DNA of 32,537 nt from NCBI GenBank assembly GCA_023345925.1, contig JAJQQN010001441.1:1-32537 (forward strand). The letters run 5' to 3'. The DNA is from Vannella sp. (lineage: Eukaryota). Numbering within the stretch: position 1 is the first letter of the stretch; every line of letters starts with the position of its first letter. Below are positions 8,908-20,810 of the stretch, piece after piece. Made by a program: the position numbers and the translations under genes. Under the pieces are notes generated by a model. That model was not told where the DNA came from, did not search any database, and saw nothing but the letters and a program-made list of their open reading frames with translations.

Positions 8908-11776
8908 ATGGCCTCGAACTTTGTGCAAGCGGTCACCCTTCGGTATCGCCCAGTCCCTCCTTCAGAGATATATCACAGTGGGTTGACAGATGACTACTTA
9001 TTGCAACGGGGGGTTCTTGAAGAGTCGCCCCCATCTCGTCCTGCAGCTTGCCCTCCTGATATCCCCTCCCGACCTGTACCTGCAGCGGCAGCACCTTTGC
9101 CTCGCCTGATACAGACAAAACATGAGTATGTCTCACCGACCTCAAACATGCCGTACAACGGAACACCAGCGACCGCAGAACCGAACGAGAGCCGCCCCAC
9201 AGCCAGACCAATCGATCTCTTTGACCCAGACGATGATTTCTTTGATGGGCTTGATATGGATGAAATAGAGGATATAGAGGAGAGGGCTTCTCAATCAAGC
9301 AAGTTAGAAACCGGAGGAAGAGTCATCTTCTTTGCTCCTTCCACTACTGGAGAGGATGTGGAGTCCATTGGAAGTTTGTCTCGTACTTTTGGAGACATGA
9401 GTGCTGTGACTATTCTTGCTCAGAAAGAGTTTTCTCTGGGAGATGTGAGAGTGCCTTTGTCGCTTTCGTTGGGACTGACGCCTCGATTTAGATGAGTCCT
9501 TGGTTTTCTCACAAAGGCGAAATGACCATTGTAGTGCCAAGCAAAACCCTCCGGCAGTCTACTGGAGATGAACACATTTTGGATATTACCTTAGAAGACT
9601 ATTTTGACGAGCAAGATAGGTTATCTAAAGTCGTTCCTGCGACTCTACCAGGCAAGCGGAGAACTTTGTCACCCCATGTTCTCCCACCAGCAAAGCGTCA
9701 AGCCACGGACAGTTCACCAATCAATTACGTGCCCAGTAAGGGTGATAGATCAGGTCGAAGCTGGCTCTAAACAGCCCTTCATAGATGGAGTCACACTCAT
9801 TGATGAATCTTCTCGTAACAGTTTCGAAGAGCTCTTGGAGAAGGCGGAAACCATCTCGATTGGTTGTTTGATGACCAACGGGCGCTCAAATTTCAGATGG
9901 CTGCGTTGTTTTGTCAGTACCACACGCTGCTTCCTCTTTCCTAATTTCTCCTTTAGGACCGCGCTCAGCAGCGCACATCTCATCAGAAACCAGAATCTGA
10001 GTGTGAGTTGGTCGGATTCGGGATTTACCTCAGTACGGGGGAACTTTTTTTTCTTGCTTTGTCCTCTGCTAACCCACTATCAATGGACTTGCTCCCTTCT
10101 CTCCTCAAATCTTCGGTCCCAAAAGTTTGTGTGGGTTGGCAACTCATCTTGGAGACGATCCTTGAAAGCAAACATCCGGCTGGAGACATTAGATCAGTAT
10201 TTGACCCCACCATAGCAGCCTGGGTAATGAACTCCAATACCAGTCACACATTTAGTGACTTGCTAGAACGCTACCTTTCTGTGGAACCAGTTAAAGAAGA
10301 CTCTGGATCCTGCTTTGAAATGTGCAATCTTTCGGTCATTCTGTTTTACCAAGATCTCCAACATGCAATACCAGTTAACGAAGTGGTGATGGCTTGTATA
10401 GACGAACCAGAAGAAGCCTTCTATAACTCTGTTGAGTTACCGACTTCTGTCATTCTTGCACATTTGAGACAGTACTACTTCACTCTGGACACCTCCGCTC
10501 TGAACGCTGCTCTTCAGAGTGTTCAAGATTATGCGGCCAAGATCGAAGATTTGGCGAGAGATATCGTTAAATGTCCTGAACTTGACCTAAGAAGTACTGC
10601 AGCCGTCTCTGATATGCTCTTCCTTCACCTCAATCTGGTTCCTCCAAAAGGCATCAATTACCAGAGAAAGTCTGGCGGCTTTTTAGGAAATGCTAAGGTC
10701 CTTACCTCTCTAGAAAACCAGCACCCTTTCCCTGGCTTGGTACTGAATCATCGAATGGCCTCACATTTACTAAGTCATCAAATCCTTCCACTTCTCGAAT
10801 TCTCAAAGTGCTCGCAAAACGAGCATCTCATCAGATGCCATTGGCATTCTAATCACTCCGCTACTGGGAGGGTCACAACAACAGACTTTAATCTGCAAGC
10901 TCTCCCGCGAGAATCTCGAGTGTTCCCAGCTTTAAATGGGGAAGATAGTCAAATTGTTGACATCAGAAACTGCTTCGTGGCGAGTGAAGGCTGTTCATTT
11001 GTTTCTTTTGACTATTCGCAACTAGAAATCCGCATTCTGGCCCACTTTTCGCAAGATGAATCACTTCTGAAGTTTCTTTCGAGTGGAAATGATGTACACA
11101 AGCTCATTGCAGGGAAGATACTCCAAAAATCAGTCGACTTGGTAACCCCACAAGAGCGCCAAATGGCCAAATCCATCTGTTACGGTGAGTTCACATCTGC
11201 CATGAGTATGCTCCCTCCTCACCGACTGAAGGAATCGTTTATGGAATGGGAATTCCCGGTCTAGCGCAGGCTTGTAATTGTAGTAACCAGCAAGCTTCCA
11301 CTATTCTCTGCCAATTCAAACAGCAGTTCCCAAATATCGAACGATTTCACCAGAAAGTGAATTCATTCTGTCAAGAGAATGGATACGTCACCACGATTAC
11401 CTCGCGGAAGCGGTTCATACCCGAGATGCAAACCAATGTACCAGAGGGAAAGCGCAAAGCCTTGAACTCTGTCATTCAAGGGAGTGCCAGTGACCTGGTT
11501 AAGCAAGCAATGATTGCTTCAGACATGGCCTGCCGTTCCCATACTCCGCCCCTCCGCAGCAAACTCATCTTCCAATGGCACGACGAACTGATTTTCGAAT
11601 GCCCCGATTCGGGTACGTTCTCCCTTTCCACCTCTTTCTCAGTGTAACCATTTCTACCTCCAGAGATCTCTCGCATCCAAACTCTCATTCCTGTCCAAAT
11701 GCAACAACTTTCGGGCCTCAGTATGAAGCTTCCTGTCACTTGCCGGTCCGGACGAACACTATCCCAACTCCATTGA
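8908..11776 (+). CDS. Family A DNA polymerase, Pol theta/Pol nu-like, with no helicase domain (about 877 aa, 5 introns)
   Basis: Motif A DYSQLEIRILAHFS, motif B RQMAKSICYGIVYGMG (restored by intron 11185-11231), motif C QWHDELIFE, plus SATGRV and NLQALP. Degenerate exonuclease region DPTIAAW. Other introns at 9445-9491, 9729-9774 (weaker donor), 9913-9956 and 11613-11663. Confidence 0.9.
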
Positions 11777-11936
11777 AACTTCAGATTGACCAAAGACTTC
11801 AGCTTTACAGTGAAGGGCCCTTGGACATGCTTTCGCCAATCCATTCCCTTTGATGCGTTTTCTTGCATTTCATTTCATTTTCGAATGAAAAAGTGAATTC
11901 GTCCAAAAGATTGCACTTTTTTAGTGGGCTTCTTTG

Positions 11937-13108
11937 ATGGTGAACTTTACGTCGGTCTTTGTCTGTTTCAAGTACAAGAACCGAGGTGATCCGCTGCTCC
12001 CTCAGAAGAAGGACGAACCTCAAGGACTTAGTGCAACAGCAAGCGCAGGAATAGCCTTCGTTGTGGTGAGTGCGGCGAGAGAGCAGGAAGGAGCTTGAGT
12101 GGTCACTCATTGTCGTAGATCCTCATCTATTTGGCCATCGGAACAGCCACGTTCTACTTCCTTCAGTACGAGTCCCAGGACAACCACTGGAGTGTCGTGG
12201 ATGCTCTGTACTTTAGCGTAGTGACCGTGTCCACTGTTGGATACGGTGATCTGACGCCTTCTTCTAGCGTTGGCAAGTGGATTGACGTGGTGTACATGTT
12301 CTTTGGTATTGCAATGATCGGTTTGGCACTGGGAACCCTTGGAGGCTTCATTCTCGAGCGCCAGGAAGCGCTCCTCATCAAAGCTATGTCTGGGTGGGTG
12401 ATAAGCAAGAACGACCGAGCCTGAAGAGCTAATCGCACCTCCAGAAAGTCCAAAGGAAAGAGCTCTTTGCTTGGGACCGCGGGACTCAAAATCCTGGGGG
12501 CTATCCTTGTTCTAATCACCTTCCTTGGCATTGGCGTTGTCTCCTTCTTCTTCCTAGAGGATCTATCAGCTACGGACGCAGTGTTTCTAACCGTACAAAC
12601 AGTCACGACGGTACGTCACGGCCCTTTCTCCGAGTCTTAACTAACGAAAGCGGCAACTCAGGTTGGTTATGGAAGCCCCACGATTAACTCTCAAGCAGGA
12701 AGAGCCTTTGCGATTCCCTATATTCTCCTTTCCACTCTCCTTGTTGCGGGAGCTCTGGGAACCTTCGCAGATGTGTTCATGGAGCGGCGCCAAGAGAAGA
12801 TTGCCGAAAGGATTCTCAAAGCAGAGTTTGACTTGGAAGCCATCTTAGCCATGGATACCGACGGAGACCAACAGATTGATATGGCAGAGTTCATGGAGTT
12901 CATGCTGGTCAAGATGGGGAAAGTCTCTTCGATAGATATGGAACGCGTCAAAAACCAGTTCCGCGAGTTGGATGCGGATGGAAGCGGTGTTCTTGATAAC
13001 AATGACATCAAGATTATGCAACAACGTGCTCTAGCAGAGCGCAACGGGGGCCCTCGGAACAATTCAACGTCGTTCTCCATCCGTTCGGTAAATAGTGACT
13101 CCGTCTGA
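11937..13108 (+). CDS. TPK: Two-pore (4TM/2P) potassium channel with two C-terminal EF-hands, TPK-like (about 338 aa, 3 introns)
   Basis: Pore 1 STVGYGD; pore 2 TTVGYGS (split by intron 12611-12661); EF-hands DTDGDQQIDMAEF and DADGSGVLDNND. Other introns at 12066-12118 and 12394-12444. Confidence 0.9.
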
Positions 13109-13197
13109 AGTGACTTTCAATGGCTCCGCTCCTCCCATGCACAAACCTACCTGAATTGGCGATTTCGTTTGTGTGTTGTAAAAAAGTCTTTTCTGGT

Positions 13198-13218
13198 AAA
13201 CCCTAACCCTAAACCCTA
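13198..13218 (+). promoter_or_regulatory. Telomere-like/telo-box tract AAACCCTAACCCTAAACCCTA upstream of the RCC1-repeat gene
   Basis: Three consecutive (A)AACCCT units ending about 7 nt before ATG 13226. The sequence is seen directly; a regulatory role is inferred. Confidence 0.4.
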
Positions 13219-13225
13219 TTTCTCC

Positions 13226-14278
13226 ATGCCTCAAGGTAACCACACCTTGCTGTTGACCACAGAAGGGAGCCTTCTATCGTTTGGAAACAACTCTGATGGT
13301 CAGCTGGGTCTCGGGCACAAACATAACCAAACAGAAGCGATGGTGGTCCCTTGGGGTGGTGCTCGACCCTTCCAAGTGGATTGGGGTCTCCGCCACTCCC
13401 TTGTGCTTGATGAAGCTGGTGTCGTGTGGGAAGCAGGCCAATCCATCTCCCTCACATTCCAACAAGTTCCTGAGCTTCCTTCTATCACAGTAGTGGCAGC
13501 TGGTTACACCCACAGCGCTGCTTTGGACACGAACAACGCCGTCTGGGTGTGGAGAAACCACGCCACGTGTTACCCATGGGCTTCGACCCTCCCCAAACGG
13601 GTGGAAGATCTTCCTCCTGTACTCAAGGTAGCCTGTGGAATGGGCTTTCTCGTTGTGGAGACCGAAGAGGCCCTTTGGGTCTTGGGTTGCAACACTAACG
13701 GACAACTGGGCCTTGACCACATGGATCCCGTCCCCCAATTCACTCGTGTGGAGATAGAAGGACGACCTGAAGGGCCTCTGCGCTCTCTGACAGCCTTCTC
13801 CTATGGTATCTTGATTGTTGATTCGAAAGGAAGTGCGTGGAGCACTGGAGACAACTCTCACGGCCAGTTAGGGCGCAATGGAAACAGAACAGTGTTTGGG
13901 AAGATCGAAGGCCTTCCCCCTTTGAAAGCAGCTGCGTCTGGAGGCTCTCACAACCTCGCTTTGGACACAAAAGGAGGTGTTTGGGTCTGGGGTAGAGGCC
14001 AGGATGGGCAGCTTGGCACGAACACATCTGGCAAGTCTACACCAACCCACGTGCCTCTGCTCAATGGAACGATACACCTGATGGCCGCTTTACACCACTC
14101 CCTAGCCTTCCACCCAAATGGTGGTCTTTACCTCTTCGGTTGGAACCTCCACGGGCAACTCGGGCTCTTGCACACGACCGACCAAGGCACTCCTACTCTC
14201 TCTCCTTACCACCCAGCACCCCCAGCCCAACCCCGCAACAGACAAAAGAGTGCGCGCTCAGCCATCGAATACCAATGA
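13226..14278 (+). CDS. RCC1/BLIP-II repeat beta-propeller protein
   Basis: Repeated FGNNSDGQLG, GCNTNGQLG, GDNSHGQLG, WGRGQDGQLG, FGWNLHGQLG and AAGYTHSAAL-type motifs. Intronless, ATG at 13226. Confidence 0.92.
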   Translation: MPQGNHTLLLTTEGSLLSFGNNSDGQLGLGHKHNQTEAMVVPWGGARPFQVDWGLRHSLVLDEAGVVWEAGQSISLTFQQVPELPSITVVAAGYTHSAALDTNNAVWVWRNHATCYPWASTLPKRVEDLPPVLKVACGMGFLVVETEEALWVLGCNTNGQLGLDHMDPVPQFTRVEIEGRPEGPLRSLTAFSYGILIVDSKGSAWSTGDNSHGQLGRNGNRTVFGKIEGLPPLKAAASGGSHNLALDTKGGVWVWGRGQDGQLGTNTSGKSTPTHVPLLNGTIHLMAALHHSLAFHPNGGLYLFGWNLHGQLGLLHTTDQGTPTLSPYHPAPPAQPRNRQKSARSAIEYQ

Positions 14279-14394
14279 AAGGGCCAAAAGGAGGGCGAAT
14301 CCCTTTAAAATGATGTTTATATAATTATGACCATTTAAATGGATATGATCAAATGATTGGTTCTTGGGAAGACTCTTTCTCAGGGCCGGCTGGC

Positions 14395-16526
14395 ATGGGC
14401 GTGCTGGACTTGTCGCCGGGGAGACAAGAGTTGCTTCTGCGCATTGGCGTTCTGACTCTTATTTACATTCTCGCATTCTTTGTTCGCTTGTTCTCTGTGC
14501 TGCGTTATGAAAGCGTCATTCACGAGGTAGGGAAGGTGGAGGGGTTGGAGTTGAGCGTGACTGACGCTTGCTGGGTTGGTGATGGTAGTTCGACCCTTAC
14601 TTCAACTACCGCTCTACGCAGTATCTGGTGAATGAAGGGTTCTACAACTTCCTCAACTGGTTTGACTCCGCCAGTTGGTACCCTCTTGGGCGCACTGTGG
14701 GGGGGACCATCTACCCTGGCCTTATGGTGACTGCAGCGAGCATCTATTGGATCCTCCACTCTCTCCATGTCACCATAGACATCCGTAACGTCTGCGTCCT
14801 CTTGGCTCCTTGGATGGCGTCCAACACTGCCATGGCGACTTATCTTTTCACCAAGGAAGCCTACAACACCCGTGCTGCGGTTGTGGCCGCTATTATGGTG
14901 GCTCTGGTCCCAGGTTATATCTCTCGCTCTGTTGCTGGCTCTTACGATAACGAAGCTGTCGCCATCTTCGCCCTCATCTTCACCTACTTCTTGTGGATCA
15001 AAGCAGTGAAGACTGGCTCCATGATGTGGGCAGCCCTCTGTGCTATCTCGTACTTCTACATGGTGTCTGCGTGGGGAGGCTACGTCTTCATTATTAACCT
15101 CATCCCTCTCCATGTGCTGGCCCTTCTCGCGTCAGGTCGCTTCTCTCAGCGTATCTACGTGGCCTATTGCACTTTCTATGCTATGGCAACTCTGTTCTCC
15201 ATGCAGATCAACTTCGTGGGCTTCCAGCCCGTCTCTTCTGCTGAGCACATGGGCGCCATGGGCACCTTCTGTATCCTCCAGCTCCACGGCGGTGTGAACT
15301 GGCTTCGCGCTCTCATTCCCCGCGAGCACTTTAACAAGCTCTTCAAGGCAGTGATCCTCGGCACCATTGGCGCCCTTCTCTCCGTTTCTATGGTTGGAAG
15401 TGCTACAGGCTACTTCTCTAACTTTACAGGGCGCTTCTACTCCCTATTGGACCCAACCTATGCCAGAGATCACATCCCCATCATCGCTTCCGTGTCTGAG
15501 CATCAACCAACCTCTTGGGCCTCGTTCTTCTTCGACTTGCACGCGCAAGTCTTCCTCTTCCCCGTTGGCTTGTACTTCTGCTTCCGCAAGGTGACAGACG
15601 CTAACATCTTCCTTATTCTCTACGCCGTGACAAGCGTCTACTTCTCTGGTGTCATGGTCCGTCTGATTCTCGTCTTGGCGCCCATCTCTTGCGTGATGGC
15701 AGCCATTGGCTTGTCACAGGTGATGTCTTCCTACATGGCAGTCATCCGCGGCCGTCGCCAGTCTGGACCGGGCGGCAATGTGGAGAAAGAGATAGCTTGG
15801 GTGATGATCATCGGAATGACCACTCTGATGGTCTTCTATGGCTACCATTGCATCTGGGTGACCTCAGAAGCCTATTCCTCTCCTTCCATCGTTCTTGCAG
15901 CACGAAACAACGACGGATCTCAGACCATCTTCGACGACTTCCGCGAGGGTTACTACTGGCTTCGTCAGAACACCCCTCCAGAGACTCGTGTCATGTCCTG
16001 GTGGGACTATGGTTACCAACTAGCCTCCATGGCCAACAGGACAACCATAGTCGACAACAACACGTGGAATAACAGCCACATTGCCCAAGTTGGCAAGGCT
16101 TTCGCCTCCTCCGAAGAGAACGCGTACCCGATCCTCTTGCAGCTCGATGTAGACTACGTCTTGGTGATCTTTGGAGGCCTGATTGGCTACTCCTCTGATG
16201 ACATTAACAAGTTCTTGTGGATGATCCGCATTGCAGGCAGTACCGACCCTATTATCAAGGAGGCGGATTACTTCAGCCGCTCTGGTCAGTACGCTGTCGA
16301 TGGTGAAGCATCAGAGGCAATGAGAAACTCCTTGATGTACATGTGCACTTACTATCGCTTTGGTGAGACCCAATTCGATCCTCGTCGCCCCAGCGGCTTC
16401 GACCGCGTACGTCAGGCTGAGATTGGCCGCAAAGACATCACCTTTAAGCACCTGGAGGAGGCTTACACCACCTCTAACTGGATGGTGCGCATCTACAAGG
16501 TCAAGCAGCCCGCCAATCGCGGATAA
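14395..16526 (+). CDS. STT3: Oligosaccharyltransferase catalytic subunit STT3 (about 689 aa, 1 intron)
   Basis: [14 protein letters not shown] joined by intron 14527-14588; [45 protein letters not shown]. Start could instead be the ATG at 14353. Confidence 0.97.
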
Positions 16527-16590
16527 CTCCCTTTTCCCTCATAAAGACTCTTTTGCAAGTCAAGGAAGGGCTTTCCTGGGCATCTGAGGT

Positions 16591-19500
16591 TTAGACAAGA
16601 GGCCTTTTGTTTCCAGAAGACAAGAAAGCGGTTTGGTTGACCCTCAAAGAGGGCGAGAAGCAGTTGGAAAGGCCGTCCAGATAACGGAGCGAATGGAGTT
16701 GTCCAAACACACTGGCAGAGTACTCTTGTGGCTCATCAGAATCAGAAGAATGACGCGTACACTTGAAGAGGAACAGGTGGCTCAGAAGAGGTAAGCGTTG
16801 GAGTAGTCTTGTAGTCTCTGCCAAGTCAACTATTTCGTTGAACCGGAGATCGAGAATCTGAAGAGAGCGTAGCAGGGGAAGGACTTCTTGTGCTTCATCT
16901 GTATCATTTGTGTCTTTACAAAGAGCATGGATGCTTCGGATGGAGTTGTGGCTGATGTCAAGAGCAGTCAAGTGAGAGAATCGCTCAAACCCAAAGACAC
17001 TGCGAATCCCTAAGCGCGGTAAAGCCAGTATGCGGATTGGCTCAGCGTCGTCATCCTGTTGTCCAAGCTGGCATTCGAGAAAAAGAAGCGTGTTAATCAA
17101 TCGCGCTTTCTCTGACCCTTTGTGCTTCTCTCGAACGATTCGTAACTTCTCTTTGTACACAATATCCTGTCCATTCAGTGAGACTAATCGGCACTGGGGC
17201 GAGACAAGGAACGGAATGTTTGAGAGGAATCTGTGCCGAAGATGGGAATCCTCCAAAGAAGGATAAGCAGCGTTAGAGTGAGCGACAACGTGGCGCAGTC
17301 CTTGAGAGGCCAAATTATCGATTATCACACAAAGTGAAGAGAAGGAAGTCAGTAAGTTATCTTGCAAATCCAGCCACTCCAAATTCCTCAATTCCAAGAT
17401 GTTTGACTCTGCCAGAGTCGTTAAAATCACTTCGGGAAGGTCATCCAGATAACCCACCTGCCAGAGCAGAGTCGTTTAACTGATTATGAGCGAGAGATAG
17501 TCGGCGGAGTTGGTTCGTTAAAGAGAGATCGATGACAGAGAGATGACAATCACTCAAATCTAATTCAAAGATGGCCCCAGGAGAAGCTCGAGCCCGCTTC
17601 ACGCCACATTAGTCAAAGTCTTGTCCTCAGAATAATGGACTTACAGCTTGGATTATGCGCAGCTGCGACAATGAAATAGGTTCATACGCTTGGCTATTAT
17701 GTAATTCCAACAAGAGAGAAGTGGAAACAGGCGCTTCGTCTATCATTCGCAAAGGCAAAATCGTTCCGCCACTCCTTTGGAAGGCCATCCGAGTTATAAG
17801 GTCCCGAAAATCGGTCATTTCATCGCAAAAGAGATTTCCTGAAACCCCAAGACTTTGCAAAATCGGAGCCCTCTCCAGGATATCCCCCAAGCCAGAAAGA
17901 GAGGCAATCCGATTGTCTCGGACATCAAGGACCTCCAAAAAGGCCAGTTCACGTGGTAGAATCTGACTAAGGTGCTCCCAAGATCGAAGGCGATTTCCCC
18001 TTAAAAGAAGTCTTCTGAGGGAGCTGCATGTTCGAAGATCTGAGACGAAAGTGATATCCAGGTCGGACAAGTCAAGCTCCTCTAACTGTTCCAGGTTCCC
18101 AGTAGCTTGACGAGGCATGCTTCGTTGCAAAATAGCTATTCTGATTCGCTCGTCATCAGAGTCGTGAATCTGATGAAGTGGTCGAGATGCTATCAGTGCC
18201 ATTCTACCAGGCACTCGAATACAAGTATCTAACGTATGCAAACGGCAGCCCGGTCTTCCAAGTGATCCCAAAAGGGAGAGAAGCGTTGACCTCTTAGTTT
18301 TGCTATCCATACACGGATTCCCGCGGAGAGCAACAGCTTCCAGAAGGTGCATTCGATCGAGAATTTGACCGATTTCTTCGAGGGAGTTACTAATCTGGTT
18401 ATCGTGAAGGTCCAGAGCTTCTAGATTGGAAAAGCGAGTCAATCGGAGCAACTTGATATCCTGCAATCCGTTGGACGATAAATCCAAAGCGACTAAGTTC
18501 TTAAAGGCAATCAAATGAATGCCAAACATCCTATCGGAAAGATTTCGCCCTGACAAGCTCAATCGAAGAACATTCAGAGGCTCACAAAAAGAGCTGACAC
18601 AGAGAGAACTAGAATAGTCTTCCAGCTCAAACCCCAATTCTTCTGCGAGGAGGAGTAGGAACTGATACTCTTCAACTGGCATAGATCCCATACTTAGCCC
18701 TGCGCGATTAGTCAAAGTCCTTATCCGCTCTTGGGTGGAGATCTTCTCCTGCAGGGGACGTTAGCAACGTGCCTTCCTGTAAAGATGAGCCAGCTTACTC
18801 CATCCAATGCAAGAAGCTTTGAGTGATGAGGGAGTAAGCGCTGGATAATCCCTCCCCGATACACAACATCCGCTGAATTCCGGAGGTTCCCAGACTCTTC
18901 GCCATAAGTGGAAAGATGAACTTCCACCAAAGCATGGAGTTGCTCCAACTGAGTTAGTGTCTCCTCAAACGCTAAAAGAGGGCATTCTGATACATCAAAG
19001 AACCTGAGGCACAAGAGTTTCTCAAGCCCAGGGATAGAAACCAGGGGATTACTGCTCAAGTCCAAATGGGACAAAAGGTGAAAGCAACCCAAATCAGGCA
19101 CTTGAGAGAGTTGACAGTCTCTGAGAATAAGGTGCTGAAGATGGAGGTTAAAGGGTATGGACAAAGAAGAGTCTGTTCCGCTGTAATTTCGGAGACTCAG
19201 CCACCAACGAAACTGCTCCTGAGCTTCGCTACTGGTGTGAACACGACTGAAAGCTTGCATTCGTTCATGTAGGGAGATCTTAATCCCATCTAGATGCGTT
19301 AATCCGAGAGTAGGACGCTGGCTCCCGGCCAAGCGAGTGTGATAGATCACTTCAAAGCGATAATCTCCAAGCCCGGTATTGCCTTGGAGATAGAGTCCTT
19401 GGATTGAATCGAGGAAACTACAAGAGATGAGGGAGATTCTGTCAGCTAGAATAGTCTTACTGAAAGAGGGAAAGCTCCGAGGAATCGGAAAGAAGATTAT

Positions 19501-20715
19501 CAGAGAGATTCAGCTCCCTCAAAGACTGGCACATTTCGAGTCCACTCACGAGTATGCTTGTTATCTCGTTCTGCTGCAAGTCAAGAAATTGAAGCTGGGG
19601 AAAGCAGTCCACCCTAAAGCGAGTAATTCTGCTTCGGCTCAAACAAAGTTGAGTGATTGAAGCCCATTGGACTCCACCTTATTCGCCCTTATTAGCCCAG
19701 AGTAGTATGGGCACAATCAAAACCCACTCTGGATGCTTTTTGATCTTTGAAGGGCTTTGGCCCACGATCGCAGAGCCCAGTCCTCCTCCAAAGAGAAAGA
19801 GCGAATAGTATCTTGGCGTCCCATTCCGTTGAGTGTCCTCAGAGCGCAAGCATTCTTCACCAGATGAGAATGTATGATGTAATTGAGATTTGAGCGTACC
19901 CTGGATACCTCGGAGAGAAGAGAAGGATGAAATAGAACCGGATTATTGTACAGAAGAAGATGTTGAAGCAGAATTGCCTCTCTCAGAGCTGCTGCCAGAC
20001 CTATCAAGGACTCCAAGTTATTCCCACTAATATCAAGTCTCTTCAGTTGGCGCATAGGAAGCCCCACCAAGGTGTCCAAGCCGATATTGACCAACCGAAG
20101 ATCACACAAAGACGGGAATCCTGCTAGTAGGAGCGGGAGCTCCTGCAACTGCTGCTCCTCTAATAGAGTATCTGTAATACTTATGCACCGAATGGCACTG
20201 CGCAGTGTGGGATCGACATCCACAGCATTGAAACGGACCAAGTCAGTGTAACTTGTAATCCGTTCACTCAGAGAGGGCACTTGGAAAGGAAAAGGACGCT
20301 TCCCCCTTCTAGAATGAAGCTTAGGTAGTCTGACAGCATGATAGAGCTCTTCAATAGAGGGGAAGTGGCGCTTCATCTCTGAGGATGACTTTTTCTTCGC
20401 CTTCTCGATGACTTCTCGTCTCTGGCACGCTTATGAGATACATCACACATTTAGCCCTTGTAAAGAACCTACGAAGCGATCAAGGGCACCCTGCTGACCC
20501 CTGCGAGCAGGAAAAGCAGGAAAGTAGTGAATCGAACTCCGGAGCCGCTCTGTTTCCGCTCGTATCGCCTCCTTTACCTCCTCCCGGCCAGGCAAAGCCG
20601 TCCTCCGAAGACAAAAAAGACTTTCCTCCGCTCTTCCGCGCGACCAAACCAACTGGAAGTCCTCCTTGAGCAAGGTCAAGCCAAGCGGAGGAGCCAGCGT
20701 CTCCTTCAACGCCAT
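16591..20715 (-). CDS. Large leucine-rich-repeat protein (about 1260 aa, about 7 introns)
   Basis: Many LxxLDLxxNxL motifs across five ORFs. Minus-strand introns at 20422-20472, 19855-19899, 19678-19727, 19418-19460, 18749-18798, 17597-17644 and 17409-17457 keep the frame; ATG at 20715. The exact 3' end is less certain. Confidence 0.85.
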
Positions 20716-20810
20716 CAAAATATACCAAATTGCACTCTCATTAGCTTTTAATTGATTTTAAGGGTTTCGGGTGATTTTGACCATTTTCCTTTGGGCTGGT
20801 TGAGGAGGAC

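Noticed and set aside
9736..9774. Stronger-looking GTAAG donor in the polymerase gene
   Set aside because: It gives the wrong phase with the 9774 acceptor; the donor at 9729 keeps the frame and the typical intron length.
8908..14278. Endogenous giant-virus or mobile-element origin for the polymerase, ankyrin and RCC1 genes
   Set aside because: The polymerase is family A with host-type introns, neighbours are core eukaryotic genes, and no capsid, integrase or transposase is seen.
8908..20715. Stop-codon reassignment or programmed frameshifting to explain fragmented ORFs
   Set aside because: Every break is resolved by a short GT-AG intron that keeps the frame and, where motifs span it, restores them; all three stop codons are used as gene ends.
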